NCBI GenBank assembly: GCA_036524675.1
Contig: DATDBU010000076.1
Span: forward strand, 1 to 35,847
Reading direction: 5' to 3'
DNA length: 35,847 nucleotides
DNA from: Chthoniobacterales bacterium
GTDB lineage: Bacteria; Verrucomicrobiota; Verrucomicrobiia; Chthoniobacterales; DASVRZ01
Below the pieces are notes generated by a model. That model did not search any database. It was not told the DNA's origin and saw only the letters and a list, made by a program, of their open reading frames with translations. This document shows positions 27,520 to 35,847 of this stretch, piece after piece. Position 1 is the stretch's first letter; the number at the start of each line of letters is the position of its first letter. The position numbers and the translations under genes were made by a program.

Positions 27520-27604
27520 CCAACCTCAGAGCAAGAGTAAGAGAGCTTCGCTTGCGCGTGTCACCCGATGGAAATTTCTCACGAGTTCGGTATAGTCCGC
27601 CATC

Positions 27605-28789
27605 ATGAGCATTCGGCCAAAAGACATCATTTATCTCGACAGCAACGGGACCACCTCCGTGGACCCTGCCGTGGTGTCGGAAATGATGCCTTACCTGACC
27701 GACTTTTATGGCAACCCGAGCAGCGCCTACGGCTTCGGATCTCAGTTGAAAGAAGCCATCGACACCGCACGCGAACGCATCGCCGCCCTCATCGGATGCG
27801 ATCCCTCTGAAATCATTTTCACCTCCTGCGGCACGGAATCCAACAACGCGGTGCTTCAATCCGCGCTCGTCACAGATCCGGATCGCCAGCACATCATCAC
27901 AAGCACCGTCGAGCACAGCGCCATCATCAAACATGGTGAAACGCTGGCCAAACGGGGCATTGAAGTGACCTGGCTTCCCGTCGACTTCACAGGACGTCTG
28001 GATCTGGATGACTTAAAAAAAGCGATACGACCTGATACGGCGCTGGTTTCCCTAATGTGGGCCAACAACGAGACCGGCGTTCTGTTTCCAATCGAAGAAG
28101 CCGCCGAAATCGCCCGCGAAAAAGGCGTTCTGTTTCACACGGACGCCGTCCAAGCCGTGGGTAAAATTCCGATCAATCTGCGGAACACCAAGGTCAATTT
28201 TCTTTCACTGAGCGGGCATAAGCTCCACTGTCCCAAAGGAATAGGAGTGCTTTACGTCAACCGCCGGACACGTTTTAACTCGTATCTCATTGGTGGCGGC
28301 CAGGAAAATGGCAAACGCGCCGGCACGGAAAATGTCCCTTACATCGTTGGACTCGGCAAAGCCGCGGAACTGGCGCGGGAAACGATGGATTACGAGAATA
28401 CCGAGGTAAAAAAACTGCGCGACCATTTCGAGAACACTCTCCTTGATGCGGTGGATGGCATTGAAGTGAATGGCGATCGCGAATTGCGGCTCCCGAACAC
28501 ATCCAACGTGGCCATCCACGGTGTCGAAAGCGAGGCGTTGCTCATTCTGCTCGATCAGAAAGGCATTTGTTGCTCTGGCGGTTCGGCGTGTACGACTGGT
28601 TCGCTCCATCCCTCGCACGTTTTGATTGGGATGGGATTTTCGGCCGAACGAGCGCGCGGCAGCGTGCGGTTTTCGTTCAGCCGGTTCAACACGCAGGACG
28701 AAATCGATCGCGCGTTGAAAATCATCATCGAAGCGATCCAGCGTTTGAGGCGCTTGAGCCCCAAACAGGTGCAGGTTGTCGCACGATAA
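27605..28789 (+). CDS. Cysteine desulfurase (class V aminotransferase, NifS/IscS type)
   Basis: IYLDSNGTT, PLP-lysine motif LSLSGHKLHCPKGIG and catalytic-Cys loop CSGGSACTTGS. Confidence 0.9.
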   Translation: MSIRPKDIIYLDSNGTTSVDPAVVSEMMPYLTDFYGNPSSAYGFGSQLKEAIDTARERIAALIGCDPSEIIFTSCGTESNNAVLQSALVTDPDRQHIITSTVEHSAIIKHGETLAKRGIEVTWLPVDFTGRLDLDDLKKAIRPDTALVSLMWANNETGVLFPIEEAAEIAREKGVLFHTDAVQAVGKIPINLRNTKVNFLSLSGHKLHCPKGIGVLYVNRRTRFNSYLIGGGQENGKRAGTENVPYIVGLGKAAELARETMDYENTEVKKLRDHFENTLLDAVDGIEVNGDRELRLPNTSNVAIHGVESEALLILLDQKGICCSGGSACTTGSLHPSHVLIGMGFSAERARGSVRFSFSRFNTQDEIDRALKIIIEAIQRLRRLSPKQVQVVAR

Positions 28790-28915
28790 GCGGCGAGAGG
28801 CCGCGGAGCGTGGGCTTTCCCAGCCTGCTAGGCCACGCAAGAATGTCGATGCTGCTTATTTGAGAGAAAAGTTTCTCGACACCGTAAGGACTTTTCAGCT
28901 AAGTGCTCCGCGCGT

Positions 28916-29728
28916 TTGAAGAGGGTCGCTCCAATCGTCACCGTTATCGCTCGCACCGCGTTCACCGCGGGATTTGTCTCCCACCACCGGTCGTTCTCGC
29001 CGAAAATAAAACCATTGATTCTGCTGGCCGTCGTCATGCTTGCGGCTGTTCCGGCGATGGCCCAGCAAATCGTCAACAAAAACGCAGGCTGGGTTTCGGA
29101 ATGGACGACTAGACTTGGGCCTTTTGAAGCGGGAAGCGCGGTCCCAAGGATGGAAGTATCCAAGGCATTCCAGCGCGAAAACTACAAGAAGGCTGCCCGG
29201 GTCGCTCGGGAATGGACTATCAGCCAGCCCGACAATTTTGAAGCTTGGGGGTGGCTTGCTGCGGCTTGCTCTGGAGCAAAACAGTGGCAGGAAGGCGAAC
29301 AGTCGGCTACGCGGCTGCTTGCTTTTTCCGATGTCCCGTCCAGCTATCGCTCGGCCGGCCTCAACAATCGTGCCAATTGCCGTTTTCATCTGAAAAAGTT
29401 CGCCGGCGCAGAAGCAGATTCCCGTCAGGCGATGCAGTTAAGACCGGATGCTGACAACCAGAACCAACTTGCCTGGTTTCTGGCAACTTGTCCCGATAGC
29501 AAAATGAGGAATGGGCGCGAAGCCGTCGCCCTCGCAAATCGCGCTCTGAAACTGAATTCCGACCCCGCCATCATGGACACATTGGCCGCAGCGTATGCTG
29601 AAACCGGCGATTTTCCCTCGGCCGTAGAGTGGCAGAAAAAGGCGAACAAGGATCCCAAAACCAACAAGGAAGGGGCCAAACGGCTCAAACTTTATCAGGG
29701 CAACCGACCGTATCGAGACGATGCATAA
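28916..29728 (+). CDS. Secreted TPR-repeat protein
   Basis: Signal-peptide-like segment (KIKPLILLAVVMLAAVPAMAQQ) followed by TPR-like helical repeats (W/A/Y spacing, e.g. AWGWLAAACSGAKQW, LAAAYAETGDFPSAVEWQKKA). Its stop overlaps the next ATG by 8 nt. The exact start is uncertain. Confidence 0.65.
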   Translation: MKRVAPIVTVIARTAFTAGFVSHHRSFSPKIKPLILLAVVMLAAVPAMAQQIVNKNAGWVSEWTTRLGPFEAGSAVPRMEVSKAFQRENYKKAARVAREWTISQPDNFEAWGWLAAACSGAKQWQEGEQSATRLLAFSDVPSSYRSAGLNNRANCRFHLKKFAGAEADSRQAMQLRPDADNQNQLAWFLATCPDSKMRNGREAVALANRALKLNSDPAIMDTLAAAYAETGDFPSAVEWQKKANKDPKTNKEGAKRLKLYQGNRPYRDDA

Positions 29729-30701
29729 ATCTTTCCTCCGAATTTTAGCGATAGCCGTCGCCCTCGTCGTCCTTTCCTTCACCGCCAGTATTGCTGCAAC
29801 GCTCGGGGGAAGCGTAGATGCGGGCAAATTCCCCGGCTATGTTGTGGTCCCACTCGGCCGTTCAGAAGGAAATCATCTCGTCATCCCAGCCGTCATCGGG
29901 TCAAAACGTGTCCAGTTTATCGTCGACACCGGAGCGCCCCAGTCCGTCATTGACGCAGGAGTCGCGCGCAAACTCCAACTTCCGCCACCGCCACCAGGTA
30001 GCGGCCTCCCAGCCAAAATCGCCATCGGCGAACAATTGCGGGATATCGTTCTGTTGCCGAACCTGATTGTTCAGGGGATGGACCTTGGAGGCGGGCCGAT
30101 GACGGCCGCGAAAGGCTACAAGAGTTTTACCCTATCCTTAAAAGGCAAATTCGATGACTCCGACGGCTTGTTCGGCAACGACATCCTGACGCGCCAAAAT
30201 GCGATCCTCAATTGCAAGACACAGCAATTGTTTCTCAACACCGATCCGAAACTGATTACAGATCCTTCCCCCGCGCTGCAAAAAGCAGGCTACGTCCGCA
30301 TTCCTCTCAAGGTCGCTGGGCATCTCTTTGCGCCGTGCAAACTCAATGGGAAGGACTTTTGGATTATCGTGGATACCGGCGCAGCGCTTACGACAGTGGA
30401 ATCTGAGGTCCTCAAAAGCCGCGGGATAAAATCGATAACAACGCCTGTTTACTCGTCTGGAATCAGCCTTTCAGGCCGCGACCTCCGATATGTGCCTTTT
30501 GAGGCTCATAAACTTTCCATTGGCGGCGTCTCAATCGCACAAGACATCACCGCAAGGAACCTGGAAGGCTTTTTCAGCGAAGAAAAACAGGTTATCGGAC
30601 TTCTGGGAGCGGAAGTGCTCCACCGTCACAGCGCCGTGATTGATTTCCCCCACAAGGCACTTTGGCTCCGGCCAATGCCGGCTGTCTCACGGAGAAAATA
30701 G
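29721..30701 (+). CDS. Secreted aspartic protease with two retropepsin-like domains
   Basis: Signal peptide MHKSFLRILAIAVALVVLSFTASIAA. Two DTG catalytic motifs (FIVDTGAPQSVI and IIVDTGAALTTV), each followed by the G-hydrophobic 'flap/dimer' motif (GLFGNDILTRQNAIL, GLLGAEVLHRHSAVIDF). Confidence 0.75.
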   Translation: MHKSFLRILAIAVALVVLSFTASIAATLGGSVDAGKFPGYVVVPLGRSEGNHLVIPAVIGSKRVQFIVDTGAPQSVIDAGVARKLQLPPPPPGSGLPAKIAIGEQLRDIVLLPNLIVQGMDLGGGPMTAAKGYKSFTLSLKGKFDDSDGLFGNDILTRQNAILNCKTQQLFLNTDPKLITDPSPALQKAGYVRIPLKVAGHLFAPCKLNGKDFWIIVDTGAALTTVESEVLKSRGIKSITTPVYSSGISLSGRDLRYVPFEAHKLSIGGVSIAQDITARNLEGFFSEEKQVIGLLGAEVLHRHSAVIDFPHKALWLRPMPAVSRRK

Positions 30702-30714
30702 GAGCATTCCGTCG

Positions 30715-31731
30715 AAAATGGGGGAAATCGGGGGATTAAATTGGCGTTGTGTAAACGTTATCAGCAGCTTCGGCTCAAAACCACGGTCGCGACGATGCAC
30801 AGGACGGTTTGCAGCAAGTCGTTCTGGGTTTGGTGCAGCAATTTTTAGTGCCGCATTGGCCTTCCTGATCAGTCTCGCATGCGCTCAGACGCTGGAAGTG
30901 CCCGGATACGAAAAAATTCCGCTTCGTCTTGGTGATGAGGGCCATTTGTTGATGAGTTCCCGGATCAAGGGCCAGAAAATCGTTTTCGTCGTCGATACCG
31001 GCGCTCCCACGGGGATATTGGATCGCGAAAAAGCCCGCGCCCTCGGACTGAAACCGGAAAACGAATTTGGTGACGGGCGGCGCGAGGAAACCGTGATTCT
31101 TTCCGACCTGATGTCCGGGAACGTGCGGCTTGGCAACATTTCAATCGCGGTTGGCGACAGCCTGCCCCAAAGACAACGTACGTTTTATCGGGGTGAGGCT
31201 GACGTCGTTCACGGACTTCTAGGCAGCGACATCCTCGCTCGTCACGCCGCAATTATCGATTTCCGAAACCGGATACTTTTCCTCAGGCGCGCGCCAGAAA
31301 CCCAAGCGATGGTCGCAACGCAGCTCGGCAATACACGTTATGTCCCAGTGCCGTTTCGCAATAGCCGCTGGCTTTACGCTCCCGTTCAATTGAGGGGACG
31401 GAAATTTTCCGCCATTGTAGACACCGGCTCCGCGGTGACGATACTGCGAAGCCGCACCATCGCCCGGCTTGGCGTCCGATCGAAAAACTCGATGATTTGG
31501 GTGAGAGGACTTGGCATCGCTCCCCGCCGACTCCGGCTCGTTCAGAACACTGATCATAGCCTCACAGTCGGCGACACACCTATTCGGACCGAGTTTCATG
31601 TAATGCCAGGCGCGGATTTCTTTGGGAAACAGCCCCGGGATTTTATCGGAATTCTGGGCAACGACCTGCTCATTCATCATGGCGCAGTGATCGACTACGG
31701 TCACAATACCCTGTGGTTGCTACCGGATTGA
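30715..31731 (+). CDS. Secreted aspartic protease, tandem paralog (two retropepsin-like domains)
   Basis: Same architecture: FVVDTGAPTGIL and AIVDTGSAVTIL, with GLLGSDILARHAAIIDF and GILGNDLLIHHGAVIDY. It has a long n-region signal peptide (...RRCTGRFAASRSGFGAAIFSAALAFLISLACAQT). The start is chosen at the ATG 14 nt after the upstream stop, with an AGGAG site. An ATG at 30640 is an alternative. Confidence 0.75.
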   Translation, partial: KMGEIGGLNWRCVNVISSFGSKPRSRRCTGRFAASRSGFGAAIFSAALAFLISLACAQTLEVPGYEKIPLRLGDEGHLLMSSRIKGQKIVFVVDTGAPTGILDREKARALGLKPENEFGDGRREETVILSDLMSGNVRLGNISIAVGDSLPQRQRTFYRGEADVVHGLLGSDILARHAAIIDFRNRILFLRRAPETQAMVATQLGNTRYVPVPFRNSRWLYAPVQLRGRKFSAIVDTGSAVTILRSRTIARLGVRSKNSMIWVRGLGIAPRRLRLVQNTDHSLTVGDTPIRTEFHVMPGADFFGKQPRDFIGILGNDLLIHHGAVIDYGHNTLWLLPD

Positions 31732-31912
31732 GTCTGGCAGCTTCATAACCGGCCTTTTTCCGCAGCCTTATCTTCTTCTTTGCGCGAATAAAGAATGCCG
31801 TTTAAACATGTGGCCCGCAAAATTCCCGGCCCTACGACGTTTCCAGATTGATTCCAGATGCCCATTTCTGACAACCAAAGCCCACATTCCCCCCTTTTGA
31901 ACGAATTTTAGT

Positions 31913-34402
31913 ATGGGTAAGACATTGATTATCGCGGAAAAGCCCAGCGTCGCGGGCGATATCGCCAAAGCACTCGGCAAGTTTGATCGCGAACATGACT
32001 GGTTCGAGAACGATCAATATGTTGTTTCATCGGCAGTAGGCCATTTACTGGAGCTCTGTGCACCCGAAGGTGTCGAAGTGAAACGGGGCAAATGGAGCCT
32101 TACGAATTTGCCTGTGCTTCCTGAAGACTTCGACCTGCGTCCCATCGAAAAAACCGAGTCGCGGCTCAACGTTTTAAAGCGTCTTATCAAACGGAAGGAC
32201 GTTGACAACATCATCAACGCCTGCGACGCGGGCCGCGAAGGCGAACTCATTTTCCGCAACCTTATCCGGGCGGCGAAAACGCCCAAACCCAGCCAGCGTC
32301 TCTGGCTGCAGTCGATGACACCATCGGCGATCCGCGACGCGTTTGCGCATCTGCGAAGCGATACCCAGATGCAGCCGCTCGCCGACGCCGCCGTTTCCCG
32401 GTCGGAAAGTGATTGGCTCGTGGGAATCAATTCGACACGAGCGTTGACGGCGTTCAATTCCAAGACAGGCGGGTTCCAGAAAACCACGGCGGGCCGCGTC
32501 CAGACCCCCACCCTGGCAATCCTCGTTGAGCGCGAAGAAAAGATCCGCGCTTTCAAGCCGCGCACGTATTGGGAAATTTTCGGCGATTTTGGTGTCCAGG
32601 CAGGAACTTACCGCGGGCGCTGGCTCGATCCGACGTTTAGAAAGGGTGGCGACGAAGATGCGAAAGCCGAGCGCCTCTGGGACAAAGCGAGAGCCGACGC
32701 CATTGCCGCAAAATGCGCGGGAAAAACCGGCACCGTCGAGGAGGAAAAGAAGCCGGCGACACAGTTGCCGCCGTTGCTTTACGACCTCACGACGCTCCAG
32801 CGCGAGGCCAACGGCCGCTTCGGTCTTCCCGCCAATCGCACTCTGCAAATCGCGCAAGCACTTTACGAACGTCACAAAGTGCTCACCTACCCGCGAACCG
32901 ATTCCCGGTTTCTGCCGGAGGATTATCTCGGCACGGCACGCAACGTTCTCGGTCAGTTCGAAAATCCGACGCTGGCCGGGCATGCCGAAAAAGCGATCCA
33001 GAACGGATGGGTGAAGTTTAACAAACGCATCTTCAATAACGCCAAAGTCAGTGACCACTTTGCCATCGTCCCGACCGGCGCATCACCAAAGGGACTCGAT
33101 GATTTACAATTGAAGATCTACGAGCTGGTCGCGCGCCGGTTCATCGCCGTTTTTTATCCAGCCGCACAATTCGAGGTGACGACCCGTATCACGACGGTCG
33201 AAAACGAAAAGTTCAAGACCGACGGCAAGATCATAGTCGACCCGGGCTGGCTGGCAGTTTACGGACGTGAAGCGGAGGTTCCCGCCCAAAATGGTGAGGA
33301 GGAAGGCAATGGCAAAGCCATCGTTTCCCTGCGCAATGGTGAACGTTCGGCCAAGGTCGAGGCTGTCGAAGTCCGCGAAAGCATCACGAAACCGGCCGCG
33401 CGCTTCAACGAAGCCACGCTGCTGAGCGCCATGGAAGGCGCCGGAAAACTCGTTGATGATGAGGAACTTCGAGAGGCCATGCGCGAAAAGGGCCTCGGCA
33501 CTCCTGCAACCCGCGCGAGCATCATCGAAGGGCTCCTCTTCGAAGGCTACCTGGAACGCAAAGGCCGCGAACTGGTTGCCACGTCGAAGGGCATTTCGCT
33601 GATTCGTCTTCTTCGCAATGTCAAAGCCGATGTCCTCACCAAGCCTGAATTGACTGGAGAATGGGAATATCGCCTCAAGCAGATGGAACAGGGCAGACTT
33701 TCCCGCTCCGAATTCATGCACGGAATCCGCGACCTGACGATTGATCTCGTCGACAAAGTCAAAGGCTTCGGCGAAAAGCCGATCGAAGGCGAATTCATGA
33801 CCCTCGATGTGACTTGTCCGAAGTGCGGCAAAGGTCCGTTCAAGGAGGATTACAAAACGTGGACCTGCGCCGGGTGCGGTCTGCGACTTTGGAAAGGCAT
33901 TGCCGGACGCGAGTTCGAGCCCGAAGAAATCCGGACGCTGCTGACCGAAAAGCGAGTCGGCCCGCTCGAAGGTTTTGTGAGTAAAATGGGCCGTAAATTT
34001 GCCGCGACCATCGTGCTGGATGACGAATACAAGGCAACGTTCGAGTTTGCCAAAAACGAGAATGGCGAAGGCGAAAATGGTCCCGATTTAAGCCAGGCCA
34101 AACACCTCGGCGATACCCCCCGCGGCGCTCTTTACGAAACGGAATCCGCTTATCTGTGCATCCCTTCGGAGCCAAACGCCAAACCGTTCCGCATGGGTAA
34201 AGTCATCCTTCAGCAAGCCATTCCCGCCGACCAGGCACTCAAAATCTTCACGGAAGGCAAAACGACTCTGTTCAAGCGGTTCATCTCTAAAAAAGGCAAG
34301 CCGTTCTCCGCTTACCTCAAGCTGGAGGGCGACAAAGTGGGCTTTGAGTTCGAAGAACGCGCCCCAAAAGCCGCCGCAACCAAAAAAGCGTCCAAGCCCT
34401 AA
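31913..34402 (+). CDS. topB: Type IA DNA topoisomerase, topoisomerase III-like (TopB) with a C-terminal zinc-ribbon extension
   Basis: TOPRIM MGKTLIIAEKPSVAGDIAKAL and GREGELIFRNL are topo III-like (topo I has ESPAKA). The active-site region is ...LTYPRTDSRFL... (catalytic Tyr). The C-terminal ~200 aa contain CPKCGKG...CAGCG zinc ribbons. Confidence 0.85.
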   Translation: MGKTLIIAEKPSVAGDIAKALGKFDREHDWFENDQYVVSSAVGHLLELCAPEGVEVKRGKWSLTNLPVLPEDFDLRPIEKTESRLNVLKRLIKRKDVDNIINACDAGREGELIFRNLIRAAKTPKPSQRLWLQSMTPSAIRDAFAHLRSDTQMQPLADAAVSRSESDWLVGINSTRALTAFNSKTGGFQKTTAGRVQTPTLAILVEREEKIRAFKPRTYWEIFGDFGVQAGTYRGRWLDPTFRKGGDEDAKAERLWDKARADAIAAKCAGKTGTVEEEKKPATQLPPLLYDLTTLQREANGRFGLPANRTLQIAQALYERHKVLTYPRTDSRFLPEDYLGTARNVLGQFENPTLAGHAEKAIQNGWVKFNKRIFNNAKVSDHFAIVPTGASPKGLDDLQLKIYELVARRFIAVFYPAAQFEVTTRITTVENEKFKTDGKIIVDPGWLAVYGREAEVPAQNGEEEGNGKAIVSLRNGERSAKVEAVEVRESITKPAARFNEATLLSAMEGAGKLVDDEELREAMREKGLGTPATRASIIEGLLFEGYLERKGRELVATSKGISLIRLLRNVKADVLTKPELTGEWEYRLKQMEQGRLSRSEFMHGIRDLTIDLVDKVKGFGEKPIEGEFMTLDVTCPKCGKGPFKEDYKTWTCAGCGLRLWKGIAGREFEPEEIRTLLTEKRVGPLEGFVSKMGRKFAATIVLDDEYKATFEFAKNENGEGENGPDLSQAKHLGDTPRGALYETESAYLCIPSEPNAKPFRMGKVILQQAIPADQALKIFTEGKTTLFKRFISKKGKPFSAYLKLEGDKVGFEFEERAPKAAATKKASKP

Positions 34403-34413
34403 GCGGGGGGGAG

Positions 34414-34432
34414 GACAGGCCGCTGGCCTGTT
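34414..34432 (+). terminator. Short GC-rich hairpin after the topoisomerase gene (weak terminator candidate)
   Basis: ACAGGCC-gct-GGCCTGT, a perfect 7-bp stem with a 3-nt loop, 12 nt after the stop. No U-tract follows it. Confidence 0.3.
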
Positions 34433-34519
34433 ACCTTCGGCGGCCCGCCGATCTTCGTTTGTTCGGGGCTGCCGGCGAACAGTTTCGGACGCACGCCGTT
34501 GAGTTAGCTAGCGTCCTCA

Positions 34520-34696
34520 TCACCTCAGCAGCTTGAATGCATGGCGCCATTCATTTCGCGCAAAGCCAGGAATACACCAAAGCATACATAACGGCTCGAT
34601 GGCGCGAGCCGCATTTGCTTTGCCCATATCCGCTGGTTCCCAGCCAAACTGCTCGAGAATTTCGCCCACAATTTCCTTCGCTGCGGCATCGATATT
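34520..34696 (-). pseudogene. C-terminal remnant of a COG2085/F420-oxidoreductase-like dinucleotide-binding enzyme gene
   Basis: The minus-strand frame encodes NIDAAAKEIVGEILEQFGWEPADMGKANAARAIEPLCMLWCIPGFARNEWRHAFKLLR*, which resembles the C-terminal helices of NADP oxidoreductase coenzyme-F420-dependent-like proteins. It is directly preceded by an in-frame stop with no start codon or N-terminal Rossmann part. Confidence 0.45.
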
Positions 34697-34861
34697 TTAG
34701 GTCAAAAATCAGCTTCCCCGTGGAGATTTCGTTCTTCGATGCGTTGTTTTTTTCTTCCTTGGCGTCTTGGTGCCTTGGTGGTTCATTCAATCAGCGTTTC
34801 CCTTAAGGCCGGAAGTTCCTCCCACAAGGATCGGTCAACGGCTGGCCCTTGTTCGCAGCGA

Positions 34862-35845
34862 CTACCAGATTTCGGAAACAATCTCAAACGACCGCAGCCT
34901 CGCGGCATGATCGTAAATCTGCGCCGTTATCATCAATTCGTCCGCTTGCGTTTCTTCGAGAACGCGTTCCAAACCTTTCCGCACTGTCGCCGGCGAACCG
35001 ACTACGGAATACGAAACCATCTGGTCAATGGCAGCGATCTCCCACGGCGACCATTCTCCGCCCAACGTGTCCACCGGCGGCAGCAACTCCCCGGGGCTTC
35101 CCCGACGCAAATTCAGGATGGCTTGCTGCAGCGACGTGAAAAGTCGCGCCGCAGCCAGGTCAGTGTCGGCAGCAAATACATTGAGTCCAACCATGGCATA
35201 CGGTTTGTCGAGCTGCGTCGACGGACGAAATCCAGCGCGATAAATCTTGAGCGCTTCCAGCAAATGATCCGGTGCAAAATGCGACGCAAATGCGAACGGA
35301 AGTCCGTACGCAGCCGCGAGTTGTGCTCCAAAAAGACTCGACCCCAGAATCCAGATAGGCACTTCCAACCCCGCCCCCGGCACCGCCCGGACTGCCTGTC
35401 CCGGCTCGGCCGGCCGAAAATACATCTGCAACTCCTTCACATCCTGCGGAAAAGCATCCGCACTCGCCCCCCGCCGGAGTGCCATGGACGTCCTCTGGTC
35501 GCTCCCGGGCGCACGCCCCAGTCCAAGGTCGATCCGTCCCGGATACAACGAAGCAAGCGTTCCAAATTGCTCGGCGATCACGAGGGGCGAATGATTTGGA
35601 AGCATGATCCCGCCTGAGCCGACACGAATGGTCGACGTCCCATTCGCGACATAACCGATCAGCACGGAAGTCGCCGCGCTGGCGATCCCTTTCATATTGT
35701 GATGCTCCGCCAGCCAGAACCGCTTGTATCCCCAGCGTTCCACGTTCTGCGCCAAGTCCAGCGACCGATGAAAAGCGTCTGCCGCGGTTCCGCCCTTCAA
35801 AATGGGCGCAAGATCAAGAACGGATAGAGGGATGTCGAGTCTCAT
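34862..35845 (-). CDS. LLM-class (luciferase-like) flavin-dependent monooxygenase/oxidoreductase
   Basis: 327 aa. [15 protein letters not shown]..., ...RFWLAEHH... and ...[37 protein letters not shown] are characteristic of the bacterial luciferase-like family. The start lies 2 nt inside the window end. Confidence 0.85.
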   Translation of the reverse strand: MRLDIPLSVLDLAPILKGGTAADAFHRSLDLAQNVERWGYKRFWLAEHHNMKGIASAATSVLIGYVANGTSTIRVGSGGIMLPNHSPLVIAEQFGTLASLYPGRIDLGLGRAPGSDQRTSMALRRGASADAFPQDVKELQMYFRPAEPGQAVRAVPGAGLEVPIWILGSSLFGAQLAAAYGLPFAFASHFAPDHLLEALKIYRAGFRPSTQLDKPYAMVGLNVFAADTDLAAARLFTSLQQAILNLRRGSPGELLPPVDTLGGEWSPWEIAAIDQMVSYSVVGSPATVRKGLERVLEETQADELMITAQIYDHAARLRSFEIVSEIW

Positions 35846-35847
35846 AA

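Noticed and set aside
1-35847. Search for CRISPR arrays, tRNA/rRNA genes, integrases and transposases
   Set aside because: No regularly spaced direct repeats, no tRNA T-loop/acceptor signatures, and no recombinase-like ORFs were found. None of these can be supported from the sequence.

Overview
This is a high-GC (roughly high-50s %) chromosomal segment of a Gram-negative bacterium carrying mostly housekeeping genes on both strands. Codon usage and protein architectures are compatible with a Verrucomicrobiota- or Planctomycetota-like soil organism, but that is inference only. The housekeeping genes are rmuC, the divergent pair metR-metE, def, the tonB-exbB-exbD operon, a PPK2 polyphosphate kinase, a DUF3820 gene, valS, rarA translationally coupled to a PAS histidine kinase, gltX, aroE, a Spy/CpxP-like LTXXQ protein, a HAD-IIB hydrolase, a flotillin (SPFH) protein, a class-V cysteine desulfurase, a type IA topoisomerase of TopB/topo-III type, and an LLM-class flavin monooxygenase. 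Three type II toxin-antitoxin modules are present: a MazF/PemK-like toxin with its antitoxin at the left edge, a VapB-VapC pair, and a Phd/YefM-VapC pair. The last two bracket a roughly 3 kb accessory island (about 24.4-27.5 kb). That island contains a visibly lower-GC, translationally coupled two-gene cassette of unknown function: a small multi-pass membrane protein plus a 176-aa soluble protein. It is the best candidate for an undescribed defence or abortive-infection-type system. Other notable points follow. An operon encodes a TPR protein plus two tandem paralogous secreted proteases, each built from two retropepsin-like (DTG) domains. An ~85-nt hairpin made of four CTTAAG palindromes lies upstream of the DUF3820 gene. 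A compound stem-loop follows the histidine kinase. Two genes (DUF4105 and a lipoprotein) are apparently frameshifted. The VapC gene has no canonical start codon. A C-terminal gene remnant of a COG2085-type dinucleotide-binding oxidoreductase sits near the right end. No rRNA, tRNA, CRISPR array, integrase or transposase could be supported from the sequence.
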